DNA of 32,000 nt from positions 1,200,001 through 1,232,000 of the forward strand of contig NC_007493.2 of the NCBI RefSeq assembly GCF_000012905.2, written 5' to 3'. Made by a program: the position numbers and the translations under genes. Below the pieces are notes generated by a model. It had not been told where the DNA came from and did no database searches. It saw only the letters and a list, made by a program, of their open reading frames with translations. The DNA comes from Cereibacter sphaeroides 2.4.1 (lineage in GTDB: Bacteria > Pseudomonadota > Alphaproteobacteria > Rhodobacterales > Rhodobacteraceae). This document shows positions 31,315-32,000 of the stretch, in pieces. Position 1 is the first letter of the stretch. Every line of letters begins with the position of its first letter.

Positions 31315-32000
31315 CTATTCCCACTCCAGCTCGGCATAGGCGGCCGAGGCGTTGCGCGGATGGCTCTCCTCGTAGCCCGTCCAGTGCCGCGCGTCTTCGG
31401 GATCGCGCGCGCGGATCGCGGCGCTCATCGGCAGTCCCTCGGCAATCGCCGCGCGGATCGTGGTGCGCAGATGCTCGAGATAGGCGCGCGTCGCCTGCGC
31501 TCCCTCGGGCCAGGGCAGCGGCGCGGGACCGTGCCCCGGCACGATGCGGCGCACCTCGGGATGGGCGGCCGAAAGCCAGCCGATCCAGCCTTTGAGCGAG
31601 CCGTCGAGCGTCGGCAGCAGGCCGTTGAACACCAGATCGCCGGTGAAGAGCGTGCCCGAGACCGGCTCGAACACCGTCAGGTCATTGTCGGTATGGGCCG
31701 TGGGCACCGCCTGCAGATGCAGCCGGAGGCCGCCCAGATCCAGCCACTCCTCCGCCACGCCGCGGTCGGGCGGCACGGGCCGCGTGCCGAGCAGCGCGCC
31801 CGCGCCGATCTGCGTGGGATAGCTCTCCATCCAGCCCTCGGCGCGCGCCTCGATGCCCGCGGCGAGTTTCGGCGCCCCGAGGATCTCGGCGCCCGCCTCG
31901 CGGAAGAGATCGGCGCCGAACGTGTGGTCGGGATGCATGTGGGTCAGGATCACCGCCCGGATCGGCAGGTCGCTGCGCGCGCGGATCGCGGCATAGAGGG
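31315..32000 (-). CDS. Metallo-beta-lactamase-fold hydrolase (quinoprotein-cluster-associated type); 5' end outside the window
   Basis: THMHPDH (HxHxDH) zinc motif. The frame stays open to base 32000 (LYAAIRARSDLPIRAVILTHMHPDH), so the track start at 31953 is only an internal GTG. Convergent with the ABC cluster. Confidence 0.85.
   Translation of the reverse strand, partial: LYAAIRARSDLPIRAVILTHMHPDHTFGADLFREAGAEILGAPKLAAGIEARAEGWMESYPTQIGAGALLGTRPVPPDRGVAEEWLDLGGLRLHLQAVPTAHTDNDLTVFEPVSGTLFTGDLVFNGLLPTLDGSLKGWIGWLSAAHPEVRRIVPGHGPAPLPWPEGAQATRAYLEHLRTTIRAAIAEGLPMSAAIRARDPEDARHWTGYEESHPRNASAAYAELEWE

Noticed and set aside
1-32000. Scan for tRNA/rRNA genes, CRISPR arrays, IS elements, integrases or phage genes.
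   Set aside because: I saw no T-psi-C-like arms, regularly spaced repeats, transposase/integrase-like ORFs or terminal inverted repeats. The window looks like core chromosome.

Overview
High-GC alphaproteobacterial chromosomal segment. Gene content and order match what I recall of Rhodobacter (Cereibacter) sphaeroides. I found no rRNA, tRNA, CRISPR array or mobile element. The ORF track also uses GTG/TTG starts and reports the longest ORF, so I re-derived most starts from Shine-Dalgarno (SD) sequences, signal peptides and ATGA/TTGA overlaps. Four blocks, left to right. (1) 1-4207 (+): an asparagine-synthetase-like gene truncated at the window edge, an HPr-kinase-like P-loop protein and a fused ABC exporter, all joined by ATGA overlaps. 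This looks like the back half of a lasso-peptide-like modification/export system. (2) 4341-15352 (-): a co-directional array of an ExoX-like micro-membrane protein, an ExoP/Wzc-type tyrosine autokinase, three glycosyltransferases (ExoM-, ExoA-, ExoL-like), galU, the sulfolipid operon sqdC-sqdD-sqdB, and a DJ-1/PfpI protein. (3) 15756-19260: a luciferase-like flavin oxidoreductase, two tandem Crp/Fnr regulators separated by a perfect TTGAC-N4-GTCAA box, and a secreted protein of unknown function. (4) 19491-32000: the formaldehyde/methanol module gfa, adhI-cycI and xoxF-xoxG-xoxJ. It is followed by a nine-gene periplasmic/ABC set of the 'PQQ-dependent catabolism-associated' type that resembles lanthanide-uptake (lut/ped) clusters, then a convergent metallo-beta-lactamase-fold gene truncated at the window end. 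Most worth following up: the truncated lasso-like trio; the Crp/Fnr pair, whose second member keeps an FNR-type Cys cluster but lacks the canonical DNA-recognition motif; a duplicated SD+ATG cassette that creates a 6-codon uORF overlapping the gfa start; a ~85 bp tandem repeat in the PfpI/oxidoreductase divergent promoter region; and a small, very acidic PepSY-like periplasmic protein inside the XoxF-linked transporter cluster, a candidate lanthanide-binding protein.
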